Origin: a virus
Lineage: Duplodnaviria; Caudoviricetes
DNA length: 64,000 nucleotides
Direction: 5' to 3' (one strand)
IMG/VR virus record: IMGVR_UViG_3300042914_002678
The stretch's first letter is position 1; every line of letters starts with the position of its first letter. The notes under the pieces are model-generated. The model did no database searches. It was not told where the DNA came from and worked only from the letters and a program-made list of their open reading frames with translations. Shown here piece after piece: positions 1-10,051 of this stretch. The position numbers were made by a program, and so were the translations under genes.

Positions 1-2
1 GA

Positions 3-1376
3 ATTAAAAAAACTATTCGTCAAGAGTTTAAATATATTCTAGATCTTTTAGACTTTGATAAAAAGTGTCACGAAATATATAGAAATTGGTATATTGATGG
101 TAGACTTTATTACCATAAAGTAATCGATTTAAAAAATCCACAAGAAGGTATCCAAGAACTTCGTTATATTGATGCATCAAAGATGCGTTTTATCAGGCAG
201 CAAAAGAAAAAACCTGCGGATAAACTCAACAATATAAAGACTTTACAAAGGATTACTACCGATAATCCAATGGATTATGATTTTCCTGAGATAGAAGAAT
301 ATTTTATCTACAATCCAAGATCAATTTATCCATCAACAAATCCATCTCAAACTGGGGCAAGTCAAGGAATTAAAATCGCAAAAGATTCAATTACTTATTG
401 CACCTCAGGATTGGTAGATAGAAATAAAGGACATACTCTATCATATCTTCACAAGGCAATCAAATCTCTCAATCAATTGAGAATGATTGAAGATAGTTTG
501 GTAATCTACAGATTGTCACGCGCACCAGAACGTAGAATTTTTTATATTGATGTAGGCAATCTTCCAAAGGTAAAAGCAGAGCAATACCTCCGTGATGTTA
601 TGATGCGTTATCGCAATAAACTTGTGTATGATGCAAATACAGGTGAGATTCGTGATGACAAAAAATATATGAGTATGCTTGAAGATTTCTGGCTTCCTCG
701 TCGTGAAGGTGGTAGAGGAACTGAGATCACAACTCTACCAGGTGGTCAAAATCTAGGTGAAATCACAGATATTGAATATTTCAAGAAGAAATTATATCGC
801 TCTTTAAATGTTCCACCATCAAGAATGGATGGAGAAGGTGGATTCAATCTAGGTCGTTCATCAGAAATTTTAAGAGATGAACTGAAATTCACCAAGTTTG
901 TTGGACGTTTGAGAAAGAGATTTTCAAATATGTTCAATGATATGTTGAGAACTCAATTAATTCTCAAAAACATTATTACCCCAGAAGATTGGGAGGTAAT
1001 GAGTGAGCATATTCAATATGACTTCATTTATGACAATCACTTCTCAGAACTAAAAGATGCGGAGTTGCTGAATGAAAGACTAACAATGGTTGCAGCAGCA
1101 GAACCATATGTTGGCAAATATTTCTCTCAAGATTATCTGAGAAGAAATGTTCTTCGCCAAACAGATGAAGAAATCCTTGAGCAAGATGCTCTCATCAAAA
1201 AAGAAATCAAAGATGGTATAATTCCAGACCCATCACAACCAGTTGATCCAGAAACTGGAATGCCAATTGATGCTTCAGCGGGAGCAGATTTGGGTGCTCC
1301 AGTAATGGAACCTGATCTAGAATCCCAAGGAAAAGCAACTGAAGCTCCAAGTATCCCCAAGGGTGGGGAAATATAA
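3..1376 (+). CDS. g20: Portal protein gp20 (5'-truncated by window edge)
   Basis: Frame is open from position 3 (IKKTIRQEF...NWYIDGRLYYHK) into the listed ORF; T4 portal motifs RAPERRIFYIDVGNLPK and EDFWLPRREGGRGTEITTLPGG. Confidence 0.97.
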   Translation: MKKTIRQEFKYILDLLDFDKKCHEIYRNWYIDGRLYYHKVIDLKNPQEGIQELRYIDASKMRFIRQQKKKPADKLNNIKTLQRITTDNPMDYDFPEIEEYFIYNPRSIYPSTNPSQTGASQGIKIAKDSITYCTSGLVDRNKGHTLSYLHKAIKSLNQLRMIEDSLVIYRLSRAPERRIFYIDVGNLPKVKAEQYLRDVMMRYRNKLVYDANTGEIRDDKKYMSMLEDFWLPRREGGRGTEITTLPGGQNLGEITDIEYFKKKLYRSLNVPPSRMDGEGGFNLGRSSEILRDELKFTKFVGRLRKRFSNMFNDMLRTQLILKNIITPEDWEVMSEHIQYDFIYDNHFSELKDAELLNERLTMVAAAEPYVGKYFSQDYLRRNVLRQTDEEILEQDALIKKEIKDGIIPDPSQPVDPETGMPIDASAGADLGAPVMEPDLESQGKATEAPSIPKGGEI

Positions 1377-1379
1377 ATA
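1372..1379 (+). promoter_or_regulatory. T4-type late promoter TATAAATA
   Basis: Exact gp55 consensus overlapping the g20 stop. Confidence 0.7.
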
Positions 1380-1405
1380 CAACGTTAGTGTTTTAATTAA
1401 TTAAA

Positions 1406-1573
1406 ATGGAAGAACTTTTAGATATGATTGTCACCGATGAATCTCCATCTCAAATTAGTGACAAAATTAAAGAACTACTTTTTGCAAAATCTGCAGAAAA
1501 AATTGATAATTTTCGTCCTATTGTAGCATCAGACATCTTCGGTGACCAAGAAGATTCTGACGGGGAAGAGTAA
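1406..1573 (+). CDS. Small acidic conserved head-module protein (55 aa, position of T4 gp67)
   Basis: Read manually: MEELLDMIVTDESPSQISDKIKELLFAKSAEKID...; between g20 and g21, after a late promoter. Confidence 0.7.
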   Translation: MEELLDMIVTDESPSQISDKIKELLFAKSAEKIDNFRPIVASDIFGDQEDSDGEE

Positions 1574-1575
1574 AT

Positions 1576-1583
1576 TATAAATA
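1576..1583 (+). promoter_or_regulatory. T4-type late promoter TATAAATA
   Basis: Exact consensus upstream of the 1614 ORF and g21. Confidence 0.75.
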
Positions 1584-1613
1584 ACTATTATAAAATAAAA
1601 AATCTTTATAGCA

Positions 1614-1883
1614 ATGTCAAGAATAATCGTTTCTGCTGGTGAAAATACATTATCCCCTGGTATTGGCAATTCAACAACTGTAAACAGTGCAAGATTTGTT
1701 AGAGTTGTCAACAACTCTGGAGCATCTGCAGTTCTATTTGTGCAAAATGCCAGTTATGCTGGAATTGGATCTGTAACACTATTAAACAGTACTGTTGAAA
1801 CTATTGAAAAGCATCCAGAAGATTCCATTTATTACTTGGGTAGTGGAACTATTAAAGTAGCAAGAGTAGGAGTTTCTCAATGA
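1614..1883 (+). CDS. Hypothetical virion/head-module protein
   Basis: 89 aa ORF overlapping the g21 start (ATGA coupling). Confidence 0.7.
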   Translation: MSRIIVSAGENTLSPGIGNSTTVNSARFVRVVNNSGASAVLFVQNASYAGIGSVTLLNSTVETIEKHPEDSIYYLGSGTIKVARVGVSQ

Positions 1884-2530
1884 AACTAATTAGAGAAGAA
1901 ATCGAAAAGGTAGAAGTTATTACCGAAGAAAAAAACGGTAAGAAAGTTCTATTCATTCAAGGACCTTTTTTACAAACCGAACAACAAAATCGTAACGGTA
2001 GAGTTTATCGCCGTGATGTGATGGAGCGTGAGGTTAAGAGATATGCGGAGCAGTATATTTCTAAAGGTCGTGCTCTAGGTGAACTAGGACACCCAGAAGG
2101 TCCAACCATTAACCTGGATAGAGTATCTCATAAAATTATTTCACTAGAACAAAAGGGAAATGATTTTATCGGTAAAGCACAAATTCTATCCACACCAATG
2201 GGTAAAATTGCAGAGTCTCTATTAAAAGATGGAGTTACTCTTGGAGTTTCTTCTCGTGGTATTGGATCATTGAGACCAACTAAAGAAGGTTATTCTGAAG
2301 TCGGTGAAGATTTTATGCTTGCAACTGCTGCTGACATTGTTGCTGATCCATCTGCACCTGACGCTTTTGTTCAGGGAATTATGGAAGGAAAAGAGTGGGT
2401 TTGGGAAGGAGGAATTCTTCGTGAAAGACTCGCTGAACAAACTAAGAACAAAATTAATACTCTTGTAGATCAAAATGTTCTAGAAGAGTACAAACTTTCA
2501 ATTTTCAATGAGTTCTTAAATTCATTGTAA
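1880..2530 (+). CDS. g21: Prohead protease gp21
   Basis: ALGELGHP, INLDRVSH, LGVSSRGIGS, DIVADPSAPDAFV motifs. Confidence 0.96.
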   Translation: MKLIREEIEKVEVITEEKNGKKVLFIQGPFLQTEQQNRNGRVYRRDVMEREVKRYAEQYISKGRALGELGHPEGPTINLDRVSHKIISLEQKGNDFIGKAQILSTPMGKIAESLLKDGVTLGVSSRGIGSLRPTKEGYSEVGEDFMLATAADIVADPSAPDAFVQGIMEGKEWVWEGGILRERLAEQTKNKINTLVDQNVLEEYKLSIFNEFLNSL

Positions 2531-2540
2531 TTTGTTAATT

Positions 2541-2548
2541 TATAAATA
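2541..2548 (+). promoter_or_regulatory. T4-type late promoter TATAAATA
   Basis: Exact consensus upstream of g22. Confidence 0.8.
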
Positions 2549-2584
2549 AATATAGATTTTATACAGGAAAATCGGAGAGTTCAA

Positions 2585-3712
2585 ATGTCTCGTGGTAACA
2601 ATTTACAAGAAATGGAAGTAGGCACTAAACCATCCAAGACTGCTGTTAATGCTGGAGCAAAAGCAGCAGAAGCAATGCCAAAACTTTCAGGCAATATCCC
2701 TGATGGTCAAACTGGTTCTTGGGAAGATCTTGGCGGTCCTACACCAGAAAACTACAAGTCTGACGATGATTCTGCAAAGCTGAAGACCCCTGGTGCTACA
2801 CTCAAGCAAGTTAGAGATGTAGTAAACAAGGGTGCAAAGCCTGCAGAAGCAATGAAGGGCATGAAGGAAGAAGAGGAACTCGATGATGAAGATGTAATCC
2901 TTGAGTCTGAAGAGGACGAAGAGGAAGTAGAACTCGAAGATGCCGAAGTAGAAGAAGGTGAAGAAGAAGAGGAAGTTGTAGAAGAAGAGTATGACTTAGA
3001 AGAGGATGTAAATGCCCTTCTAGGTGGCGAAGAACTCTCTGAAGAGTTCAAGGAAAGAGCAAAAACAATCTTCGAAGCAGCTATCAATTCTAAAGTTTCT
3101 GAAATTAAGGAACAACTCGAAGAGCAGTATGCTGCTGCTCTGACCGAGGAAGTAGAAGAAATTAAGGAAGCACTTTCCCAGCGTGTTGATTCATACCTAG
3201 AGTATGTTTCAGACGAGTGGTTCAATGAGAATGCACTTGTTATCGAGCACGCACTTAAGACCGAAGTAACTGAGAGTTTCCTCTCAGGTATGAAGGAACT
3301 TTTTGAAGCACATTATGTATCAATCCCTGAAGATAAATATGATGTTCTTGAGAGCATGGTAGAAAAACTTGATGAAATGGAGACAAAACTCAACGAGCAA
3401 ATTGAGAAAAACGTTTCCCTAAACAAGCGTCTCGCAGAGTCGGTTGCTGAAGGAATCTTAGATCAAGTCTCTGAAGGTCTTGCACAGACTCAGAAAGAGA
3501 AACTCGCTTCACTTGCCGAAAGTGTTGAGTTTGAAAGTGAAGAAGAATATCGTGAAAAACTGGAGATGCTAAAAGAGTCATATTTTGCCTCTAAGACCGC
3601 AGCTCCTACTGCTAAATCCGAATCGCTTTCTGAGGGAGTAGACGTTACGCCTGAAATTCATTCAGGTACAATGGAAAGATACCTCAGAACACTAGGTACT
3701 ATTAGCAAATAA
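2585..3712 (+). CDS. g22: Prohead core scaffold gp22
   Basis: Very acidic coiled coil, F..KA.TIFEAA and VDSYLEYV motifs; between g21 and g23. Confidence 0.93.
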   Translation: MSRGNNLQEMEVGTKPSKTAVNAGAKAAEAMPKLSGNIPDGQTGSWEDLGGPTPENYKSDDDSAKLKTPGATLKQVRDVVNKGAKPAEAMKGMKEEEELDDEDVILESEEDEEEVELEDAEVEEGEEEEEVVEEEYDLEEDVNALLGGEELSEEFKERAKTIFEAAINSKVSEIKEQLEEQYAAALTEEVEEIKEALSQRVDSYLEYVSDEWFNENALVIEHALKTEVTESFLSGMKELFEAHYVSIPEDKYDVLESMVEKLDEMETKLNEQIEKNVSLNKRLAESVAEGILDQVSEGLAQTQKEKLASLAESVEFESEEEYREKLEMLKESYFASKTAAPTAKSESLSEGVDVTPEIHSGTMERYLRTLGTISK

Positions 3713-3763
3713 TTGAATTTAATATAATTCAAACAAAACATCCACAAACAAAGGTAAACGCAA

Positions 3764-5182
3764 ATGTTCCAATCAGAGCATCTGCAGGAAAAGTGGGCAC
3801 CTCTCCTCAACTATGAGGGTCTTGATCCAATCAAAGATTCCCATCGTAAGGCGGTAACCGCAGTCCTGCTAGAAAACCAAGAAAAATTCCTGCGTGAGCA
3901 AAATGCTTTCGCAACCTCAGGTTCATTCCTAACCGAAGCTCCAACTAATGCAGTTGGTAACGGCGGTTTCACCAGTGCTGGTGGAGACACCACCACTGCA
4001 GGTTTCGATCCTGTTCTGATCTCCCTGATCAGACGCTCAATGCCTAACCTGGTCGCTTATGACCTCGCAGGTGTTCAGCCAATGAGTGGTCCTACTGGAC
4101 TCATCTTCGCAATGCGTTCACGCTACACCAGCCAGACCGGAACTGAAGCATTCTACGATGAAGTAGATTCTTCATTCTCTGGACAAGACGCTGGCTTCGA
4201 CGAGACCGATGGTTTCTCCGATGCTAATGCTGGTCTTGGTACAACTGGTTTTGGTGGTCTAGGAAGCAACCCTGCAGTTCTCAACCCTGTTGCAACTGCA
4301 TCATCAACCGGTTATAAGGTTGGTCAGGGTATGCGTACTGACGCTGCTGAGAATCTTGACGGCACCACTTCTGATGCCTTCAACCAGATGGCATTCTCAA
4401 TCGAGAAAGTCACTGTTACCGCTAAGTCAAGAGCTCTGAAAGCTGAGTACTCACTAGAACTCGCTCAGGACCTCAAGGCAATCCACGGTCTGAATGCTGA
4501 AGCGGAATTAGCAAACATTCTCTCAACTGAGATTCTTGCTGAAATCAACCGCGAAGTTATCAGAACCATTTACAAGATTGCTGAGCAAGGTGCTGCACAA
4601 AACACCGCAACTGCTGGTATCTTCGACCTCGACGTTGATTCAAACGGTCGTTGGTCTGTTGAGAAGTTCAAGGGTCTTCTATTCCAAATCGAGCGCGACG
4701 CTAACGCAATCGCACAAAGAACTCGTAGAGGAAAGGGCAACATCATCATGTGCTCTGCTGACGTTGCTTCAGCACTGACCATGGCTGGTGTTCTCGACTA
4801 CACCCCTGCACTCAACGCAAACCTCAACGTTGACGACACTGGTAACACCTTCGCTGGTGTTCTGCAAGGTAAGTATCGTGTTTATATCGATCCTTATTCT
4901 GCAAACCTCACCTCAGGTAACGCTGCAAACGGTAACCAGTATTACGTTGTTGGTTATAAGGGTTCTTCCCCTTATGACGCTGGACTCTTCTATTGTCCTT
5001 ATGTTCCTCTCCAAATGGTTCGTGCCGTTGGTGAGAACTCCTTCCAGCCAAAAATCGGCTTCAAGACCCGTTATGGTATTGTTGCCAACCCATTCGCTGA
5101 AGGAACAACTCAAGGTCTTGGTCGCCTGCGTGTTAACGCTAACCGCTACTACAGACGTGTTGCTGTTAAGAATCTCATGTGA
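3764..5182 (+). CDS. g23: Major capsid protein gp23
   Basis: GVQPMSGPTGLIFAMRSRY, KSRALKAEYSLELAQDLKAIHGLNAE, FQPKIGFKTRYG; likely gp21 cleavage at FLTE/A. Confidence 0.98.
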   Translation: MFQSEHLQEKWAPLLNYEGLDPIKDSHRKAVTAVLLENQEKFLREQNAFATSGSFLTEAPTNAVGNGGFTSAGGDTTTAGFDPVLISLIRRSMPNLVAYDLAGVQPMSGPTGLIFAMRSRYTSQTGTEAFYDEVDSSFSGQDAGFDETDGFSDANAGLGTTGFGGLGSNPAVLNPVATASSTGYKVGQGMRTDAAENLDGTTSDAFNQMAFSIEKVTVTAKSRALKAEYSLELAQDLKAIHGLNAEAELANILSTEILAEINREVIRTIYKIAEQGAAQNTATAGIFDLDVDSNGRWSVEKFKGLLFQIERDANAIAQRTRRGKGNIIMCSADVASALTMAGVLDYTPALNANLNVDDTGNTFAGVLQGKYRVYIDPYSANLTSGNAANGNQYYVVGYKGSSPYDAGLFYCPYVPLQMVRAVGENSFQPKIGFKTRYGIVANPFAEGTTQGLGRLRVNANRYYRRVAVKNLM

Positions 5183-5204
5183 GTCTTTCTCACAAAGATT
5201 TTAT

Positions 5205-5232
5205 GGGGGGTCCGAAAGGACCCCTTTTTTTA
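5205..5232 (+). terminator. Intrinsic terminator after g23
   Basis: GGGGTCC-GAAA-GGACCCC followed by a T run. Confidence 0.9.
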
Positions 5233-5250
5233 TCTAAATAATTAGAAAAA

Positions 5251-5808
5251 ATGGCAAGATCGTCGCAGATAGAGAATAGAAATTTTCTATCACCAACTGG
5301 ATTTAAATTTAGTTTGAAAAGAAGTCCAAGAGTTGCATTCTTTTGCAATCAGGCAAATATACCTGATTTAAATTTAGGACTGGCAGTACAACCATCGTAC
5401 TTAAAAGATATTCCAACACCAGGAGATAAAATTGAGTTTGGTGATTTAAGTCTTCGTTTTCTTGTTGATGAAAATTTAGAAAATTATATGGAAATCCAGA
5501 ACTGGATCCGTGGATTGGGATATCCTGAAAGTGGACAAGAATTTCGGGATTTGGTAAAATCTGGTGCAGAAAATGGTATTTTGTCTCCAGAAGGAGGTGG
5601 AGACAACATATACTCGGATGGAACCTTACAAATTTTGAGTAGCAATCTAGTTGCAAAGTTTAATGTTAATTTCAAAGATTTATTTCCATATTCATTGTCA
5701 ACTGTAACTTTTGATGCCACAGATACAGACATTCAATACTTTACAGCAGACGTAAGTTTCAAGTATACTATTTACAATATAACTACGCTTGGTGGCACTC
5801 CTCTATGA
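5251..5808 (+). CDS. g3: Tail completion / sheath stabiliser gp3
   Basis: NFLSPTGFKF, F.VDENLENY.EI.NWI motifs; synteny g23-g3-uvsY. Confidence 0.88.
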   Translation: MARSSQIENRNFLSPTGFKFSLKRSPRVAFFCNQANIPDLNLGLAVQPSYLKDIPTPGDKIEFGDLSLRFLVDENLENYMEIQNWIRGLGYPESGQEFRDLVKSGAENGILSPEGGGDNIYSDGTLQILSSNLVAKFNVNFKDLFPYSLSTVTFDATDTDIQYFTADVSFKYTIYNITTLGGTPL

Positions 5809-6242
5809 GTATTGATCTTGATAAAATTCAAGAAATGTGGACTAAAGACTCTAAGATAGATCCTGATAACTTACATACAGAGTCTTTAAATATCCCTGTT
5901 CTTCATGCAAAATATTTTGATTTATATAATACTATCTTTCTTTTAAGAAAGAAAGCAGAACAACAAAAAAGAAATATTCGTCACGAACGATATGAGTACT
6001 ATTCTGGAAAATCAGACCCAGAAGTCTATGTCGATAATCCATTTCCAAAAAAGATTCGTGACAAAGACACAATGCAAAAGTATCTTGATGCAGATGAAAA
6101 ACTATCTACAGTCTGTCTGAAAATTGATTACTACGATACAATGTTGGTTTATATTGAAAGCATTTTGAAGATGATCCAAAACAGAACATATCAAATTAAA
6201 AATGCTATCGAATTTATGAGATTTAACTCTGGACTAGGATAG
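5805..6242 (+). CDS. uvsY: Recombination mediator UvsY
   Basis: W.KDSKID, LHAKY, YLDADE, R.YQIKNAIEF motifs; precedes uvsW. Confidence 0.9.
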   Translation: MSIDLDKIQEMWTKDSKIDPDNLHTESLNIPVLHAKYFDLYNTIFLLRKKAEQQKRNIRHERYEYYSGKSDPEVYVDNPFPKKIRDKDTMQKYLDADEKLSTVCLKIDYYDTMLVYIESILKMIQNRTYQIKNAIEFMRFNSGLG

Positions 6243-6270
6243 ATAAATATTTCTAGATGAATGGATTTAT

Positions 6271-7746
6271 GTGATTGATACAACAGCAAATCTTGTTATT
6301 TCCAAGTCCAACGAAGTATTTTTAAAAATCAATACGGAACCTCATATTGAGTATGAGTTGAGAGACCATTTTAAATTTGAGGTTCCTAATGCCAAATTCA
6401 TGCCACAATATCGTGGTAGGAATTGGAATGGAGAAATCCATTTATATGATATGAGATCGAAACAGATTTATGTTGGTCTCTTAGATAAGATTGTATCTTT
6501 CTGTAAGCAATATGGATACACTTATAAGTTTGAAGATAATAAATTTTATGGTGCCCCATATGAAGAGAATGAGCAAATCTCTTATGAGGGTGTCAAGGAT
6601 TACATGCATTCCATTTGTGCCCATACTCCCAGGAAGTATCAAATTGAGGGAGTATATGGTGCCCTAAAGCATAATAGAAAACTATTGATAAGCCCCACTG
6701 CGAGCGGCAAATCACTGATGATTTATTCTCTCGTAAGATATTATGTGGATAAAGGCGAAAAAATTCTTCTAGTTGTTCCGACGACATCTCTTGTAGAACA
6801 GATGTACAAGGATTTCCTTGATTATGGTTGGGATGCTGATTCATATTGTCACCGTATCTATTCTGGTAGAGAGAAAACGAATGAATATCCAGTAACAATT
6901 ACAACTTGGCAATCTGTATACAAACTAGAGCGTTCATTCTTTGAAGACTATGGTTGCATTATAGGTGATGAAGCACATTTATTCAAGAGCAAATCTCTAA
7001 TTGAGATTATGACAAAACTTCATCATGCAAAATATAGATTTGGTTTTACTGGAACTTTAGATGGAACACAAACTCACAAGTGGGTTCTTGAAGGTTTGTT
7101 TGGACCATCATATAAGGTAACAAAAACTGAAGAACTGATGAGGCAAGGGCACCTATCCCAGTTGGATATTCAATGCCTAGTTCTAAAGCACACTCCACAA
7201 AATTTCCAAACTTATGAGGATGAAATCCAGTATTTAATTTCTCATGAGCAAAGGAATAACTTTATTAGAAACTTAACTTTAGATCTAAAAGGAAATACTC
7301 TTGTGCTATTCAGCAGAGTAGAAGCACACGGAGCAATACTTTACGACAAGATAAATAAGAACAAAGGTGAAAATCGTAAAGTATTCTTTGTCCATGGCGG
7401 TGTTGATGCAGAAGAAAGAGAGTTAGTTAGAGAAATAACGGAAAGAGAAAACAACGCAATTATTGTTGCCTCTTATGGAACTTTTTCTACTGGTATCAAC
7501 ATTAAAAATCTCCATAATGTTATCTTTGCCTCACCAAGTAAGTCACGTATTAGAAATTTGCAATCAATTGGACGAGTACTTAGAAAAGGAAAAGACAAAG
7601 TAAAAGCCGTCCTTTATGATATTGCTGATGACTGCACAAATAAATCAAAAAGAAATTATACTTTAAATCATTTTATCGAAAGAATTAAAATTTACAATGA
7701 AGAAAAGTTTAACTATGAAATAATTACAATTCAGTTAAAGGTATGA
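6271..7746 (+). CDS. uvsW: SF2 DNA helicase UvsW
   Basis: SPTASGKS, GDEAH, GFTGT, QSIGRVLR helicase motifs. Confidence 0.96.
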   Translation: MIDTTANLVISKSNEVFLKINTEPHIEYELRDHFKFEVPNAKFMPQYRGRNWNGEIHLYDMRSKQIYVGLLDKIVSFCKQYGYTYKFEDNKFYGAPYEENEQISYEGVKDYMHSICAHTPRKYQIEGVYGALKHNRKLLISPTASGKSLMIYSLVRYYVDKGEKILLVVPTTSLVEQMYKDFLDYGWDADSYCHRIYSGREKTNEYPVTITTWQSVYKLERSFFEDYGCIIGDEAHLFKSKSLIEIMTKLHHAKYRFGFTGTLDGTQTHKWVLEGLFGPSYKVTKTEELMRQGHLSQLDIQCLVLKHTPQNFQTYEDEIQYLISHEQRNNFIRNLTLDLKGNTLVLFSRVEAHGAILYDKINKNKGENRKVFFVHGGVDAEERELVREITERENNAIIVASYGTFSTGINIKNLHNVIFASPSKSRIRNLQSIGRVLRKGKDKVKAVLYDIADDCTNKSKRNYTLNHFIERIKIYNEEKFNYEIITIQLKV

Positions 7747-8135
7747 TGGAAGAAGATTTTTATGCAACACTAAAATTAAAAACAGGTGAGGAAGTATTTG
7801 CTAAAGTAGCAGCTTCTGAAGAAGAAGATAGAACACTGCTCTTAGTTTCAAATCCTGTTATAATATCTGAGATTAAAACTAAATTTGGTGTAGTTGGATA
7901 TAAAGTAGAACCTTGGTTGAAAACAACAACAGAAGATTTATTCATTTTAAATATTGAAGATGTTTTAACTATGTCAGAATCTTCAGATATTGAAATGATT
8001 ATGATTTATCAGAAATTTGTTCGTCAATCACAGAAAGACTCAGGCAATCCATCCAAGTTAAACCGAAGAATGGGATATATTGCCAATGTGAATGATGCTA
8101 AAGAGATACTAGAAAAGATCTTTAAAAGTAGCTAA
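7743..8135 (+). CDS. Conserved hypothetical protein, possible Sm-like fold
   Basis: N-terminal LKLKTGEEVFAKV, similar to the ORF at 21103. Confidence 0.7.
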   Translation: MMEEDFYATLKLKTGEEVFAKVAASEEEDRTLLLVSNPVIISEIKTKFGVVGYKVEPWLKTTTEDLFILNIEDVLTMSESSDIEMIMIYQKFVRQSQKDSGNPSKLNRRMGYIANVNDAKEILEKIFKSS

Positions 8136-8164
8136 AGCTAATCTTTTCAACCTCCACAAAGGTA

Positions 8165-8193
8165 ATTGTACAGGTTTTGAAGTACCTTGTCAA
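8165..8193 (-). promoter_or_regulatory. Antisense sigma70-type promoter TTGACA-17-TACAAT
   Basis: Reverse complement of ATTGTA(8165-8170)...TGTCAA(8188-8193) with a 17-nt spacer. Confidence 0.55.
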
Positions 8194-8240
8194 GTATTTA
8201 AAAGTATGTTAGTATTCATACATAATAATGATAAAAACTT

Positions 8241-8738
8241 ATGATTACCACAGCAGTTATGGTTCACAAAAAGAGGTCTGAGCATTATGTTAATAATAAG
8301 GAGTTTCTTGCTGCACTAATTAAGTATCGTGAAGACAAAGAAATCGCAGAGATTCAGGGAAAACCAAAACCTCCAATTCCACGCTACATCGGAGAGTGTT
8401 TCCTGAAGATTGCTAATCACCTTTCCTTCAAACCAAACTTCGTGAACTACATGTTCAAAGAGGACATGATTTCTGATGGTATTGAGAATTGCGTTCAGTA
8501 TATTCACAATTTCAATCCAGAGAAGTCACAAAATCCTTTTGCATATTTCACTCAAATTATTCACTATGCTTTCCTCCGTCGTATTCAAAGAGAAAAGCGT
8601 CAGTTAGAAATCAAGAACAAAATTCTTGAGCGTTCTGGTTTCTCAGAAGTTTTTGCAGATGACAATACGGTTGACGGTGGTAACTATTCCGACTATAATT
8701 CAATTAAGGATGGTGTCCATAGTAAGCTTCGTTATTGA
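8241..8738 (+). CDS. g55: Late-transcription sigma factor gp55
   Basis: HYVNNKEFL, IGECFLKIA, DMISDGIENC, NPFAYFTQI motifs. Confidence 0.96.
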   Translation: MITTAVMVHKKRSEHYVNNKEFLAALIKYREDKEIAEIQGKPKPPIPRYIGECFLKIANHLSFKPNFVNYMFKEDMISDGIENCVQYIHNFNPEKSQNPFAYFTQIIHYAFLRRIQREKRQLEIKNKILERSGFSEVFADDNTVDGGNYSDYNSIKDGVHSKLRY

Positions 8739-9779
8739 ATGAAAGTTGCAATTATTACAGATCAGCACTTTGGAGCAAGGAAGAACTCTAAACTCTTTCA
8801 TGATTATTTCCTAAAGTTCTACAATAATGTATTTTTCCCTACACTCGAAGAGCAAGGGATTACTACCGTTGTAGATATGGGAGATACTTTTGATAGTCGT
8901 AAAGGAATTGACTTCTCTGCTCTCTCTTGGTCTAAGAATAACTACTATGATCGTCTCCAAGAGATGGGTGTAAAAGTTCATACCATCGTTGGAAATCATA
9001 CTGCATATTATAAGAATACTAATCAAGTAAATGCAGTTGATTTGCTTTTACGAGAATATGATAATGTGACTGTTTACTCGGAACCAACTGAAGTGATGTT
9101 GGGTAAACTACCCGTACTTTTTATACCTTGGATTAATCAAGAAAATGAAGCAAATACTCTTAAACTTATTGAAAAGACATCTTGCCCGTGCGCGATGGGG
9201 CACCTTGAACTCCAAGGATTTAGAGTTAATAAACAAATCGTCATGGAGCATGGTTTGGAGAGCAAACTATTTGAAAAGTTCTCCAGGGTCTACTCTGGAC
9301 ACTATCACACTAGATCGGATAACGGAACAGTCTTCTATCTAGGAAATCCGTATGAAATGTTCTGGAATGATGTTAATGATACCAGAGGATTTCATATTTT
9401 TGATACTGAAACGGTAACTCACGAACCTATCAACAATCCTTTTAGATTGTTTTATAACATCTACTATGAGGATAATGATTATCAAACTTTTGATACTCGT
9501 GAGTATGAAAATAAAATCGTAAGAATTATCGTCCGTAAAAAAACAAATACTAAAAAGTTTGAGAAGTTTGTTGACAAATTATATGCATCCGGAATAGCAG
9601 AACTTAAAATTGTAGAGAACTTCCAAATAAAAGAAAATGAGGAGTTTGAAGCATTTGAGTCTGAAGATACCCTTTCTATTTTGAATAGATATATTGAGGA
9701 GGCAGAAATCAATCTTGATAAATCAATCGTCAAAAAAATGATTGATGAGATATATCAAGAGGCATGTGAACTAATCTAA
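8739..9779 (+). CDS. g47: Recombination endonuclease subunit gp47 (Mre11-like)
   Basis: TDQHFG, MGDTFD, IVGNH, GHYH metallophosphoesterase motifs. Confidence 0.96.
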   Translation: MKVAIITDQHFGARKNSKLFHDYFLKFYNNVFFPTLEEQGITTVVDMGDTFDSRKGIDFSALSWSKNNYYDRLQEMGVKVHTIVGNHTAYYKNTNQVNAVDLLLREYDNVTVYSEPTEVMLGKLPVLFIPWINQENEANTLKLIEKTSCPCAMGHLELQGFRVNKQIVMEHGLESKLFEKFSRVYSGHYHTRSDNGTVFYLGNPYEMFWNDVNDTRGFHIFDTETVTHEPINNPFRLFYNIYYEDNDYQTFDTREYENKIVRIIVRKKTNTKKFEKFVDKLYASGIAELKIVENFQIKENEEFEAFESEDTLSILNRYIEEAEINLDKSIVKKMIDEIYQEACELI

Positions 9780-10051
9780 TGTTTATCCTAACAATTAAGG
9801 GGAGAGAATCTGAAGGCGCATACTCAGTATCTGATGATGATGGAGAACAAATATTATATTTGTTTGAAGAGGAAGATGATGCAGTTAGATATGCTTTGAT
9901 GTTGGAAGATAATGATTTCCCCGAAATGCATGTAATTGAGATAGAAGATGATGTAATGATAAAGACCTGCGAAATTCATGATTACAAGTATGTGGTCATC
10001 ACCCCTAATGATATTGTGATTCCTCCCGAGACTGAATATGATTTTATTTAA
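9779..10051 (+). CDS. Hypothetical protein
   Basis: Acidic 90 aa ORF coupled between g47 and g46. Confidence 0.75.
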   Translation: MFILTIKGRESEGAYSVSDDDGEQILYLFEEEDDAVRYALMLEDNDFPEMHVIEIEDDVMIKTCEIHDYKYVVITPNDIVIPPETEYDFI

